DNA of 64,000 bases from Syntrophaceae bacterium UBA7520. GTDB lineage: Bacteria > Desulfobacterota > Syntrophia > Syntrophales > Smithellaceae. Positions within the stretch are counted from its first letter, which is position 1. Each line of letters begins with the position of its first letter. Shown piece by piece: positions 18,461 through 27,320 of this stretch. Below the pieces are notes generated by a model, which was not told the origin of the DNA, ran no database searches, and saw nothing but the letters and a program-made list of their open reading frames with translations. Made by a program: the position numbers and the translations under genes. The stretch spans positions 114,074 to 178,073 of the forward strand of contig DLNC01000012.1 in the NCBI GenBank assembly GCA_002478265.1, given 5' to 3'.

Positions 18461-21052
18461 TCATTTGCCAAAAAAGCAGACCATTTTCTGCGTAACAATA
18501 TCCGACAACAGGCGCAAATCCTTGTCCCGCGCATCATAGACCTTCACCACGTCGGAAAAACGGGTATCATCCGGCATTAAATCCGCAAGGATATTTGCCT
18601 GCTTCTTCATCCAGGCGCTGTTAAAAATCACGCCTTCTTTTTCCGGATATATCGCCATATAGAAAATATCCATTTCCACCATGTCCTGGAAAAAATGAGT
18701 GCCGAAAGAAAGGTCGGGTATCAAGGAGCCATCCTGATAAGATATCTCCCCGATAGCCGTGATATTGTTGATTTCGGAAAAACGCACGGGAACGCCCATC
18801 GCCGGAGTGGTGGTGCCCCAGCGTCCCGGGCCCAGCAGAATCGTCGGCATCTTTTCCCTCTTGCCTATTTGTTTATTGAGCTTGCCCACCAGTCTGGCAA
18901 CTTCATGCTTGTCGGATAAATTTAATTTCGCGTAACCCTGCGGATCAATATAAATAATTCTTGATATTCCCAGGTATACGCTGCCGCCCATAAAATTCGC
19001 TTCCTGCTGCAGCAGAATTTTACTTTTAGCGATTTTTTCCGGAATTTCCACGCGGCTGTAGTGGCCCTTCGTCTGAAAAGGCCGACACTGCAGCAGATTT
19101 ATTTTAAGATTTCCTTCCGCGTTAAAGTTGGCCGTAAATTCAATGTCCACGGGATAGCGGTAAATCCGCTCCAGCGTCTTGAGCATTTTGGACATCACCT
19201 GCGAAAAGGGAGTGTTGGAAAGAAGCTCGTCAAAAGTCAAAAGCCAGGTGTCACGCGCCTCTCTGCCTAGTGATTTCATGTATTCGGCGGCGGCATTGTC
19301 TTTGATCGCCATCAGTTCAATATGCGTCGCATATGTGGGATTAAGAACATCCGCCGTGGAGACCGATTCGAATTTATTTTCATTCAGGTTGAGCACATCA
19401 ACTTCATGCTGAGAAAAACGGCGCATATCTTCCTGATTCGCGTAAGGCTTCACCAGCGGCACGTCCAGGGCGACAATCCGCGGATAATCATTTTCCACGC
19501 GGTTAACAGCGCGCGTGCCGAGCCCAAATACTATGCGCAGCATGCCCGCCTGCGGCTCCATCCCTTTTTGCCAGACAAAAGTGTTGTAGGAAAGACCGAC
19601 GCCGGCAAGATCAGGAAAAAAATAGTGTTTACGATGCGCGCCGGAAACCCGCTGTACCAGAAGAGCCATTTGTTCGTCAAGCTGGGCCAGCCCGCGCTGC
19701 AGACGATAGGTCAGAGCGTCCGCATTCATGGTGCTGGCAAATATTTTGCGGACGGCCTCTTCGAAATTGTTGTAGCGCTGCTCGGGCGTTCCCTGATTAG
19801 GGCAAAAATAACTCTCATATTTTCCCGCGAATGCGTTGCCGAAAGCGTCTTCCAGCAAGGAACTGGAACGCACAATAATCGGCGCCTGCCCGAAATATTC
19901 CAGCATCAATTGAAACTGTTCCTTGATTTCATCCGGGAAAACGCCGTGCAGCATCTTTTCCCTCAATTCCCTGGCTACTTCAAAATATCCCTCTTCGGTC
20001 TTTTGCGCCATCAGCAGTTTCCACCATCCGTTTTGCACCATGTAAGAATAGAAAATATCCGAGCCGATATAAAACGAATCATGCAGCTCCAGGTGCTTTT
20101 CCCAATCCAGAGAAATATCCTTGCGCAAAATATTGCGTGACAGGAGCATGCCCACGGATTTACCTCCGATAAAGCCCGTGCCGATCAGCCGCTTTTTGAT
20201 TTCCACCAGGTCTTCCAGCGTGAAATATTCTTTTACCAGCGCCAGCATGCGTTTTTCCCTGCCGATCAGCACGCGGGAAAGCGTTTCGACCATTTCCTGC
20301 TTTTCCTGAACCGCAGAGGGGTCTTTTAAAATATCATCGGCCTGGAGGAAAATTCTGTCCCAGTAATCAAGATTCCTTTCGCCGCTGGTCGCGTTTTTAT
20401 CGGATAAATAGGAAAAAAAGCTGGCCGCGTCCGCGCTGTTGAGAATCGGAACAAATTTGCCGTTTTGCATGATGTGCGGCAAAAACATTGTGGGCGTGTA
20501 ACGTTTCCAAGCTTTTAAAGGATGGACACAGAGTTTACCCTGGTGGTTGTAAACATCAAGCAGAACCTGTGTTGTTTCACGGATACGCGCCACAGTTTTA
20601 AATGAATGGCTGCTGCGCAAAATAGCGAAATAAGCGACGGTATTCAATTCAAACAGATAGGGACAGGTGATGACAAAGAAATTGCCGATCATCAGGTCGG
20701 TTGCCCAAGCCATAAGCAAATCGGAAAGGCAGTCGAAAACATAGAAGACATCACGTCCTTCGTCGCGGACAATGTTGTGCACCTGCGTGGAGAAAGATTC
20801 AAAACCGCTATTGGCGTTTAACGTGTAAATTTGGACAGAATCATTCTTTTCCATAAGCGGCGGGTGCGAGGCAAAACGCATGTAAACAAGCCGCCTTTTT
20901 TCCCGCAGCGCGGTTTTCACGTATGGATCAACAAATTTCTTATAGTCAGCGATATCGTCGACCTGTAAAACTACATTATCCCCCATTTGCAGATAATTAA
21001 TAATTTCATCCAAACCGCTGATACCGGTGCTTACTTGCTGTATTGGCGTCAT
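18461..21052 (-). CDS. PEP/pyruvate-binding (PPDK_N ATP-grasp) protein with an N-terminal degenerate KaiC/RecA-like domain
   Basis: 863 aa. The N-terminus TGISGLDEIINYLQMGDNVVLQV resembles KaiC/RadA, but I see no GxxxxGK[ST] motif. The central RSSSLLEDAFGNAFAGKYESY and VDIEF...LLQCRP motifs belong to the PPDK_N family. Confidence 0.75.
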   Translation of the reverse strand: MTPIQQVSTGISGLDEIINYLQMGDNVVLQVDDIADYKKFVDPYVKTALREKRRLVYMRFASHPPLMEKNDSVQIYTLNANSGFESFSTQVHNIVRDEGRDVFYVFDCLSDLLMAWATDLMIGNFFVITCPYLFELNTVAYFAILRSSHSFKTVARIRETTQVLLDVYNHQGKLCVHPLKAWKRYTPTMFLPHIMQNGKFVPILNSADAASFFSYLSDKNATSGERNLDYWDRIFLQADDILKDPSAVQEKQEMVETLSRVLIGREKRMLALVKEYFTLEDLVEIKKRLIGTGFIGGKSVGMLLSRNILRKDISLDWEKHLELHDSFYIGSDIFYSYMVQNGWWKLLMAQKTEEGYFEVARELREKMLHGVFPDEIKEQFQLMLEYFGQAPIIVRSSSLLEDAFGNAFAGKYESYFCPNQGTPEQRYNNFEEAVRKIFASTMNADALTYRLQRGLAQLDEQMALLVQRVSGAHRKHYFFPDLAGVGLSYNTFVWQKGMEPQAGMLRIVFGLGTRAVNRVENDYPRIVALDVPLVKPYANQEDMRRFSQHEVDVLNLNENKFESVSTADVLNPTYATHIELMAIKDNAAAEYMKSLGREARDTWLLTFDELLSNTPFSQVMSKMLKTLERIYRYPVDIEFTANFNAEGNLKINLLQCRPFQTKGHYSRVEIPEKIAKSKILLQQEANFMGGSVYLGISRIIYIDPQGYAKLNLSDKHEVARLVGKLNKQIGKREKMPTILLGPGRWGTTTPAMGVPVRFSEINNITAIGEISYQDGSLIPDLSFGTHFFQDMVEMDIFYMAIYPEKEGVIFNSAWMKKQANILADLMPDDTRFSDVVKVYDARDKDLRLLSDIVTQKMVCFFGK

Positions 21053-21085
21053 GATATTTTCCCTTTTTGTTTAACTTCTATTCCT

Positions 21086-21101
21086 GGAACAATTTTGTTC
21101 C
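21086..21101. promoter_or_regulatory. perfect 16-bp palindrome GGAACAATTTTGTTCC upstream of the 863-aa gene
   Basis: 7-bp arms with a 2-nt centre, 34 nt upstream of ATG 21052, in an AT-rich 310-bp intergenic region. Confidence 0.4.
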
Positions 21102-21364
21102 ATTCTTAAGAGACATTTATGTTGCGCAGCCACGAATGTCTTTAGTCCAAAATAACTTACGAAGCTATAAGGCATTGAATTTAAATATATTATATTCATT
21201 CTATACTTTCAAAATGACTCTTGCGCCAAATTCGGGAATATATCCACGTTTTAGTTTTATCAAATAACGTGCCAACCAAAATAACTTTGTAACATTTATC
21301 AAATCTTTCACCTTGACTTTAATATAGCTTAATTTCTAAATGAACACAGCAGGAGTTTGCAATC

Positions 21365-22084
21365 ATGAAAGATTTTAGCAATGTCATAAAGGATGTTATC
21401 CCTAAAGAAAGGAATTACTCCTTTGGTTATGCCGATCTACAGGGGCTTCTGCCGGATAAATATCTCGGTTTTGAATATGCCATAGTGCTTGCCCGCCGAC
21501 TTGATGACGCCATCATAAACTCAATAGTCAATGGCCCGAACATCGAATACTACAACCACTACAATGAAGTTAACAAGGAGCTTTCCGAAGCGGCTAATCT
21601 CTTAGGCGAAAAAATCCGTCGCTTTGACGCTCAGGCCATGGTCATTGAACCCACAATAACGGATAAAGACCTGGATGACAATTTTATCAAAACTCTGCGT
21701 TTTGATTTTTCCCATAAAATGGCGGCAACACGCGCGGGGCTGGGCTGGATCGGGAAAACCGCTTTATTCATTTCCAAAGAATACGGCCCGCGTGTGCGAC
21801 TGGCAACGGTGCTTACCGATTATCCTGTTCCTGTCTGCACCCGTCCTATTGAAGAAAGTAAATGCGGAACTTGTGATCTGTGCGTCCGGATCTGTCCGGC
21901 GCACGCGGCAAATGGCCGGCCCTGGAACATTAATGTTGACCGTAATGATTTTTTTGACCCGTTTGCCTGCCTGAAAAAAGCGCGCGAATTATCTTTTAAT
22001 AACTTTGGCAAGAAAACCAGCATTTGCGGCAAATGCATCGCTGTTTGCCCGATTGGCAAGAAGAAGAAAATGGCCAAGCGCTGA
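21365..22084 (+). CDS. 4Fe-4S protein related to epoxyqueuosine reductase / reductive-dehalogenase-like Fe-S domains
   Basis: 239 aa. AATRAGLGWIGK block, then CGTCDLCVRICP and CGKCIAVCP cluster motifs. Confidence 0.55.
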   Translation: MKDFSNVIKDVIPKERNYSFGYADLQGLLPDKYLGFEYAIVLARRLDDAIINSIVNGPNIEYYNHYNEVNKELSEAANLLGEKIRRFDAQAMVIEPTITDKDLDDNFIKTLRFDFSHKMAATRAGLGWIGKTALFISKEYGPRVRLATVLTDYPVPVCTRPIEESKCGTCDLCVRICPAHAANGRPWNINVDRNDFFDPFACLKKARELSFNNFGKKTSICGKCIAVCPIGKKKKMAKR

Positions 22085-22178
22085 ACTAATAAATATGCCT
22101 GGCATAGGCGGGCTTCTCTTGTGCAAACAACAAAAGGACTTCACCCACCTTAACTATATTCGCCAGAGAAACCTGCAA

Positions 22179-22634
22179 TCAATATATTCGCATCTGACAA
22201 CCGCCGGCCAATGTTCCTCCCAGTTCGCGGCATTGTTCTAATATCTCTTGCGTAATCTTGCCTTTGGCAATAACCGGCTCAAAAACTTTTTTGAATTTGT
22301 AACCCAGTGCAATGCGCTCGATGGCCTTAAGCGCACCGCTGCCGTCGTTGCCGGCGCTGATAAAAACAACGAAGGGCTTGCGAAAAACCTTATCCTGGGC
22401 TTCAGAATAAGTGCGGTCGAAAAAATCCTTGAGCATCCCGGACATATAGCCGAAATTCTCCGGCGTGCCTACCGCCAGGCCGTCCGCCGCTAATAAATCT
22501 TCCAGCGTGGCATCAGCGGCCTTTTTAAAAATTACCTCCACGCCTTCCACCGCTCGCGCCCCTTCGGCCACGGCTTCGGCCATCATCTGGGTATTGCCTG
22601 TCTGCGAATGATAAATAATTAATATTCTGGTCAT
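22179..22634 (-). CDS. flavodoxin-fold NAD(P)H-dependent FMN protein (WrbA/flavodoxin-like)
   Basis: Start moved to ATG 22634 (MTRILIIYHSQTGNT, the flavodoxin signature), preceded by AGGAAAAA. Confidence 0.8.
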   Translation of the reverse strand: MTRILIIYHSQTGNTQMMAEAVAEGARAVEGVEVIFKKAADATLEDLLAADGLAVGTPENFGYMSGMLKDFFDRTYSEAQDKVFRKPFVVFISAGNDGSGALKAIERIALGYKFKKVFEPVIAKGKITQEILEQCRELGGTLAGGCQMRIY

Positions 22635-22750
22635 TTTTTCCTGTAGTCTTTTTTTCAATACTATAATGAAACGCGATTGATGGTAAAGAAATTTTTCTGC
22701 GCAACCTTCCCGAGCTCGGTCAAAAGCCGGAAGTGCCTGGCAAAAAACAT

Positions 22751-22790
22751 TTGACATCCATGTCTATTTGGCTATATTGCCAAATAGACA
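22751..22790 (+). promoter_or_regulatory. promoter plus 12-6-12 perfect palindromic operator of the arsR operon
   Basis: TTGACA (22751-56), a 16-nt spacer, then TATATT (22773-78). The -10 box is the exact centre of TGTCTATTTGGC-TATATT-GCCAAATAGACA (22761-22790). Confidence 0.6.
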
Positions 22791-22805
22791 CACAGGCATT
22801 GCGCA

Positions 22806-23138
22806 ATGAAAAAAAGAGAAAAGACCGTATATGAAGCACGGGCGAAAGTAATCAAGGCCATCGCCCACCCCAGCCGCCTGCTGATCATCGAGGAGCTGCA
22901 GCGTCAGGAGAGGTGCGTAAACGAACTTACCGAAATGATCGGCGCGGACACTTCCACCGTCTCCAAGCATTTAAGCGTGCTTAAAAATGCCGGGCTGGTG
23001 GCTGATGAAAAAAGAGGCAATTCCATTTTCTATAGCCTGCGCTGTCCCTGTATTATGGGGTTCATGGGCTGTGTAGAAGAGGTGCTTTCCGCTAATGCTG
23101 AAGCTCAAAAAAACATTATGAAGTTATGCAAGAGATAG
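22806..23138 (+). CDS. arsR: ArsR/SmtB family metalloregulator
   Basis: 110 aa. wHTH HPSRLLIIEELQRQERCVNELTEMIGADTSTVSKHLSVLKNAGLV. Confidence 0.85.
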   Translation: MKKREKTVYEARAKVIKAIAHPSRLLIIEELQRQERCVNELTEMIGADTSTVSKHLSVLKNAGLVADEKRGNSIFYSLRCPCIMGFMGCVEEVLSANAEAQKNIMKLCKR

Positions 23139-23148
23139 GAGAAGAAAC

Positions 23149-23388
23149 ATGAAAAAGATAGAAATACTGGGCACGGGCTGCGCGAAATGCCACAAGCTTG
23201 AAGAAATGGTGCGCGACATAGTAACAAAAGAAGATATAAACGCCGAAATATCAAAGATAAATGATTTAAAAAAAATTATGAGTTACGGCGTGATGACCAC
23301 GCCCGCGCTCGTTATTGACGGCGAAGTAAAAGCCGCAGGCAAACTCCCCTCTACTGAAGAAATAAAGAAAATGATCATACAAAAATGA
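23149..23388 (+). CDS. thioredoxin-fold redox-active disulfide protein (TM0996/MTH895 type)
   Basis: 79 aa. IEILGTGCAKCHKL CxxC motif and TPALVIDGEV. Confidence 0.8.
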   Translation: MKKIEILGTGCAKCHKLEEMVRDIVTKEDINAEISKINDLKKIMSYGVMTTPALVIDGEVKAAGKLPSTEEIKKMIIQK

Positions 23389-23444
23389 CTTCTTGTTTGT
23401 CGTAAAAGCGGCAAACGACATAATTATTATCAGGAGGTGTTTCT

Positions 23445-24221
23445 ATGATGTTCATAATTTATCTCATAACGGGTCTCTTGGCTGGTGTTGTAGGCGGTTT
23501 ATTGGGCACAGGCGGCTGCGCGCTCATTATGCCGGTAATTCGTTTTGGTTTTAATTTTGATCCGGCAATAGCTGTAGGCACTACTCTGACCGCAGTGGTC
23601 TTTACCGCCGGTTCCGGCGCCATACAACATCTACGCATGAAAAACGTGGACAAGACAACCGCACTTCAAGTTGGCGTCAGCGGCGTAGCCGGAGTCATTA
23701 TCGGCTCTATTATCTTTGCATATATTAAGGATTACGGAGATGTAATTGACCTCATCGTCGGAATTGCTTTTATCCTTGTTTCCTTGCGTATGCTTTATGA
23801 GGGCCTCTTAGGAAAAACTCCTCCCGCGCCTGCCGGAACCACGATGCCCGGAACCCCGATTGCTAAATCTGCTTTGGGAACATCAATCGGCACACTCACC
23901 GGTATTATCGGTTTGGGTGGAGGATACGCCCTGGTTCCTTCTTTTCTTTATTTTCTGAAAGCTCCCATGAAACTTGCCATAGGAACATCTATGGCATCTT
24001 TTGTGTGGATTGCTCTTGTGGGATCAATTTTCAAAATTTATCAAGGAGTGGTTAATATTCCCGTCGCTGTCACGCTGGGCGTGGGAGCATTAATCGGCGC
24101 TATTTTCGGAGCAAAACTTGTTGCCAAATTCAAACCAAACGTTCTGAAAGCGCTCTTTGGATTTTTGTTCCTCTATGTGTCACTAAAATATATTTTGCTT
24201 TATTTTGGGATACATATTTAA
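23445..24221 (+). CDS. TauE/SafE family anion exporter
   Basis: 258 aa. 7-8 TM helices with duplicated G-rich LLGTGG / GLGGG motifs. Confidence 0.75.
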   Translation: MMFIIYLITGLLAGVVGGLLGTGGCALIMPVIRFGFNFDPAIAVGTTLTAVVFTAGSGAIQHLRMKNVDKTTALQVGVSGVAGVIIGSIIFAYIKDYGDVIDLIVGIAFILVSLRMLYEGLLGKTPPAPAGTTMPGTPIAKSALGTSIGTLTGIIGLGGGYALVPSFLYFLKAPMKLAIGTSMASFVWIALVGSIFKIYQGVVNIPVAVTLGVGALIGAIFGAKLVAKFKPNVLKALFGFLFLYVSLKYILLYFGIHI

Positions 24222-24295
24222 AAAGGAACATAATTATTTCTGATTGTTATGAAGGCGGCACTAAATTAATTTATTACTGCACCGGATCGGCGGAT

Positions 24296-25090
24296 GTGGG
24301 TGAAATTGCAGATCGCATGGCGCGCCGTCTGCGCGATGAAGGTTATGCGCTTATGACCTGTCTGGCCGGTGTGGGCGCGGGACTTTCCGCTTTTGTCCAG
24401 TCGGCCATAGGCGCGGACGAAAACATTACGATTGACGGATGTGCTACTGCCTGCGCCAGAAAGTCACTGGAGCGTATTGGTGTTAGCCCAAAATCTTATA
24501 TGTTAACCAATCTTGGACTGGAAAAACATGAAACGTCCGTTACGGAAAAGGTTATAGATGAAATTTATAAAAAAATAATAAATGGCGGCAGCTTCTTGGC
24601 AACAACAATCCCAGAAACTATTGATAGCTGCTGTGGAATGAAAATATTAAAAAATAAAGGAGAGCAAATGTCTTTAAGAGTAAAACGAATCGGTTCCTTA
24701 GCCCTTTTGATGTTTTTTATTCTCATCTTACTTTTAGCAAACTATCATTGCGCCGTTGCCCAGGAAAAAGACAACAAAACAACGCCAAAACCGGAAAAAG
24801 CTGTTATGCCTCTGGTGACTTTTGTGGAAATCGGCTCCGTTAATTGCATCCCCTGTCGCGCTATGCAGCCGATCATGAAAGCGGTGGAAGAAGAATTCGG
24901 CAAGCAGGTCAAGGTCGTGTTTCATGACGTATGGACGCCGAAAGGGAAAATGGACGCGGCAAAATATAATATCCGCGTAATTCCCACGCAGGTTTTTCTG
25001 GACAAGGACGGCAAAGAATATTTTCGTCACGAAGGCTATTATCCTAAGGCGGATGTCGTAAGAGTTCTGAAAATACAGGGGGTCAAATAA
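24296..25090 (+). CDS. DGC-domain protein fused in frame to a signal-anchored thioredoxin-like domain
   Basis: The N-terminal part (ITIDGCATACARK) is DGC-like, and homology continues upstream of GTG 24296 (LIYYCTGSADVGE). No stop codon precedes an internal RBS (AAAGGAGAG) plus ATG 24668, which begins MSLRVKRIGSLALLMFF... with a CIPC thioredoxin motif. Confidence 0.6.
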   Translation: MGEIADRMARRLRDEGYALMTCLAGVGAGLSAFVQSAIGADENITIDGCATACARKSLERIGVSPKSYMLTNLGLEKHETSVTEKVIDEIYKKIINGGSFLATTIPETIDSCCGMKILKNKGEQMSLRVKRIGSLALLMFFILILLLANYHCAVAQEKDNKTTPKPEKAVMPLVTFVEIGSVNCIPCRAMQPIMKAVEEEFGKQVKVVFHDVWTPKGKMDAAKYNIRVIPTQVFLDKDGKEYFRHEGYYPKADVVRVLKIQGVK

Positions 25091-25804
25091 GTGCTCGTTG
25101 ACCTCTTTACCTGGCTGGCGAACGCGCTGACCCAGTCTCCGGAAATTGCCATCGGCGCGGCGTTTGTTTGGGGTATACTATCGGTAATACTTTCGCCCTG
25201 CCACATTGCCTGTATCCCCTTGATCGTCGGCTTCATCGATGGCCAGGGAAATATAAGCACAGGAAGGGCTTTTCTTCTTTCGTTGCTTTTTGGATTAGGC
25301 ATCCTCATTACGATTGGTCTGATCGGTATAATCACGGGGCTGGCCGGACGGACAATGGGGGACATAGGTGGCTATGGTAATTATTTTGTCGCGGTTGTTT
25401 TTTTCGCCGTTGGATTGAACTTGCTCGGAATTTTGCCTTTACCTTTCATGGAAGGCGGGGCAAACCCGAATTACAAGAGAAAAGGATTTCTTGCAGCTTT
25501 TATTTTGGGCCTTCTGTTTGGTGTAGCATTAGGACCTTGCACATTTGCCTATATGGCAACTATGCTGGGCGTAGTCTTTAGCATGGCATCAACGCAAATG
25601 ATGCTGGCAATGGCACTTCTCGCGGCTTTTGCCATCGGCCACTGCGCTGTATTGGTTTTCGCGGGAACATTTACGGAAGTTGTGCAGCATTACCTGAGTT
25701 GGAGTGAAAAGTCCAAAGGCGCAGAGATTCTCAAAAAGACCTGCGGAGTATTGGTAATGCTGGGCGGCGTTTATCTTGTCGCCCTTAATTTAATGCAAGG
25801 ATAA
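25091..25804 (+). CDS. ccdA: CcdA/DsbD-family transmembrane thiol-disulfide electron transporter
   Basis: 237 aa. The two conserved Cys contexts are LSPCHIACIP and LGPCTFAYM. GTG start directly after the preceding stop. Confidence 0.8.
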   Translation: MLVDLFTWLANALTQSPEIAIGAAFVWGILSVILSPCHIACIPLIVGFIDGQGNISTGRAFLLSLLFGLGILITIGLIGIITGLAGRTMGDIGGYGNYFVAVVFFAVGLNLLGILPLPFMEGGANPNYKRKGFLAAFILGLLFGVALGPCTFAYMATMLGVVFSMASTQMMLAMALLAAFAIGHCAVLVFAGTFTEVVQHYLSWSEKSKGAEILKKTCGVLVMLGGVYLVALNLMQG

Positions 25805-25807
25805 CGA

Positions 25808-26233
25808 ATGAAAAAAAGAGTTTTATTTTTGTGTACGGCTAATTCCTGCCGGTCGCAGATGGCGGAAGGCATCACGAATCACTTTTGGAACGACCAATTT
25901 GAAGCCTATTCCGCCGGAACCCAAGCTTCTTATGTTAACCCCACGGCTATCAGTGTGATGAAAGAAATCGGGATTGATATTTCCAAACACCGATCAAAGA
26001 ATCTTTCAGAATTCGACGGGCAGAGCTTTGATTATGTAATCACGCTTTGTGGTGACGCCAATGAAACGTGCCCTTTGTATATCGGCGGAACTAAAAAAAC
26101 GCATATCGGCTTTGATGACCCGGCACAAGCGGCAGGCACAAAAGATGAAATATTGCGGGAGTTCCGGCGCGTGCGCGATGAAATTAAAGAAAAATTAACT
26201 GCTTTTTTTCGCAGCGAAAAAATAATTAATTAA
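25808..26233 (+). CDS. arsC: arsenate reductase, LMW-PTPase (thioredoxin-coupled) type
   Basis: 141 aa. [18 protein letters not shown]-loop plus downstream Cys residues ([11 protein letters not shown]). Confidence 0.9.
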   Translation: MKKRVLFLCTANSCRSQMAEGITNHFWNDQFEAYSAGTQASYVNPTAISVMKEIGIDISKHRSKNLSEFDGQSFDYVITLCGDANETCPLYIGGTKKTHIGFDDPAQAAGTKDEILREFRRVRDEIKEKLTAFFRSEKIIN

Positions 26234-26243
26234 GGAGAAATCA

Positions 26244-27296
26244 ATGTCAGAAAATATCGTAAAAAAATTGTCATTTCTGGATAGGTTTTTAACGCTGTGG
26301 ATTTTTATCGCCATCGGCGTGGGCATCGCCCTGGGTTACCTGCTGCCGCAGGTTTCAGAGTTTATCACCGGATTACAGGTAGGCACAACTTCCATCCCTA
26401 TCGCCGTCGGCCTGATTCTCATGATGTATCCGCCGCTGGCCCGCGTCAAATACGAGGAGATGGGCAAGGTATTTAAAAACAAGAAGCTACTGGGCATTTC
26501 CCTTCTGCAGAACTGGGTAATCGGCCCGATTGTCATGTTTATTCTCGCCGTTATTTTTCTGCATAATTATCCTGAATACATGATCGGTGTCATTCTGGTG
26601 GGTCTGGCTCGTTGCATCGCCATGGTCATTGTTTGGAATGAACTGGCCTGTGGTGACAGGGAATTGGCCGTAGGACTTGTCGCTTTTAACGCTGTGGCGC
26701 AGGTGCTCTTCTACGCTTTTTATATTTATTTCTTCATTACGGTCATGCTCAACTGGCTGGGTCTGGCCCAGTCGGTTAACATCGATATTTCCATGGCGGA
26801 GGCGGCAAAAACCGTTTTCATTTACCTGGGCATTCCTTTTCTTGCCGGCATGATTACCCGCTATTCTGTTATCTATCTGAAAGGCGAAGATTGGTTTAGC
26901 AATGTTTTTATGCCCAAACTCTCGCCGCTTACTCTGGTTGCGCTGCTCTTTACAATTGTGGTAATGTTTTCCACGCAGGGCAATAAAATAATTGAATCGC
27001 CTTTTGATGTTTTTATTGTGACGATTCCATTGACAATATATTTTGTGATCATGTGGTTTGTAACTTTCTTTATCATCCGAAAAATCAGCGGCAATTATGA
27101 GCAGACCTGCGCCGTTTCCTTTACCGCAGGAAGCAACGATTTCGAGCTGGCCATCGCCGTGGCTATTGCCATCTGGGGCATCGGCTCCGGACAGGCATTT
27201 GCCACAGTTATCGGTCCGCTCATCGAAGTACCGGTGCTCATCATCCTGGTAAATGTGGCGCTAAGATTTAAGAATAAATTCTTCACCGGCAGATAA
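26244..27296 (+). CDS. acr3: ACR3-family arsenite efflux transporter
   Basis: 350 aa. [14 protein letters not shown]-terminus, [11 protein letters not shown] (conserved Cys), and 10 TM helices. Confidence 0.9.
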   Translation: MSENIVKKLSFLDRFLTLWIFIAIGVGIALGYLLPQVSEFITGLQVGTTSIPIAVGLILMMYPPLARVKYEEMGKVFKNKKLLGISLLQNWVIGPIVMFILAVIFLHNYPEYMIGVILVGLARCIAMVIVWNELACGDRELAVGLVAFNAVAQVLFYAFYIYFFITVMLNWLGLAQSVNIDISMAEAAKTVFIYLGIPFLAGMITRYSVIYLKGEDWFSNVFMPKLSPLTLVALLFTIVVMFSTQGNKIIESPFDVFIVTIPLTIYFVIMWFVTFFIIRKISGNYEQTCAVSFTAGSNDFELAIAVAIAIWGIGSGQAFATVIGPLIEVPVLIILVNVALRFKNKFFTGR

Positions 27297-27320
27297 TTTT
27301 TTAAGGAGGTGCCAGTTAGC

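Noticed and set aside
19322-20140. Long antisense or alternative-frame ORFs in the track (19322..20140, and also 2343..2915, 7693..8259, 36026..36610, 40800..41546, 42044..42673, 47101..47859, 48030..48638, 49378..50175, 57824..58465)
   Set aside because: Each lies entirely within, and opposite to or out of frame with, a gene that has strong family motifs. Their translations are low-complexity or Arg-rich with no recognisable motif. These are typical shadow ORFs.
21084-21101. Minus-strand TGGAACAAAATTGTTCC as a sigma-54 promoter for the 863-aa gene
   Set aside because: Only 4 nt separate TGGAAC from TTGT (5 are needed), and -12 is GT rather than GC. It is better described as a perfect palindrome or operator candidate.
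24249-24269. Mini-ORF ATG AAG GCG GCA CTA AAT TAA upstream of the DGC gene as a leader peptide
   Set aside because: It is only 6 codons long, has no RBS, and is out of frame with the DGC homology that spans it. It is most likely fortuitous.
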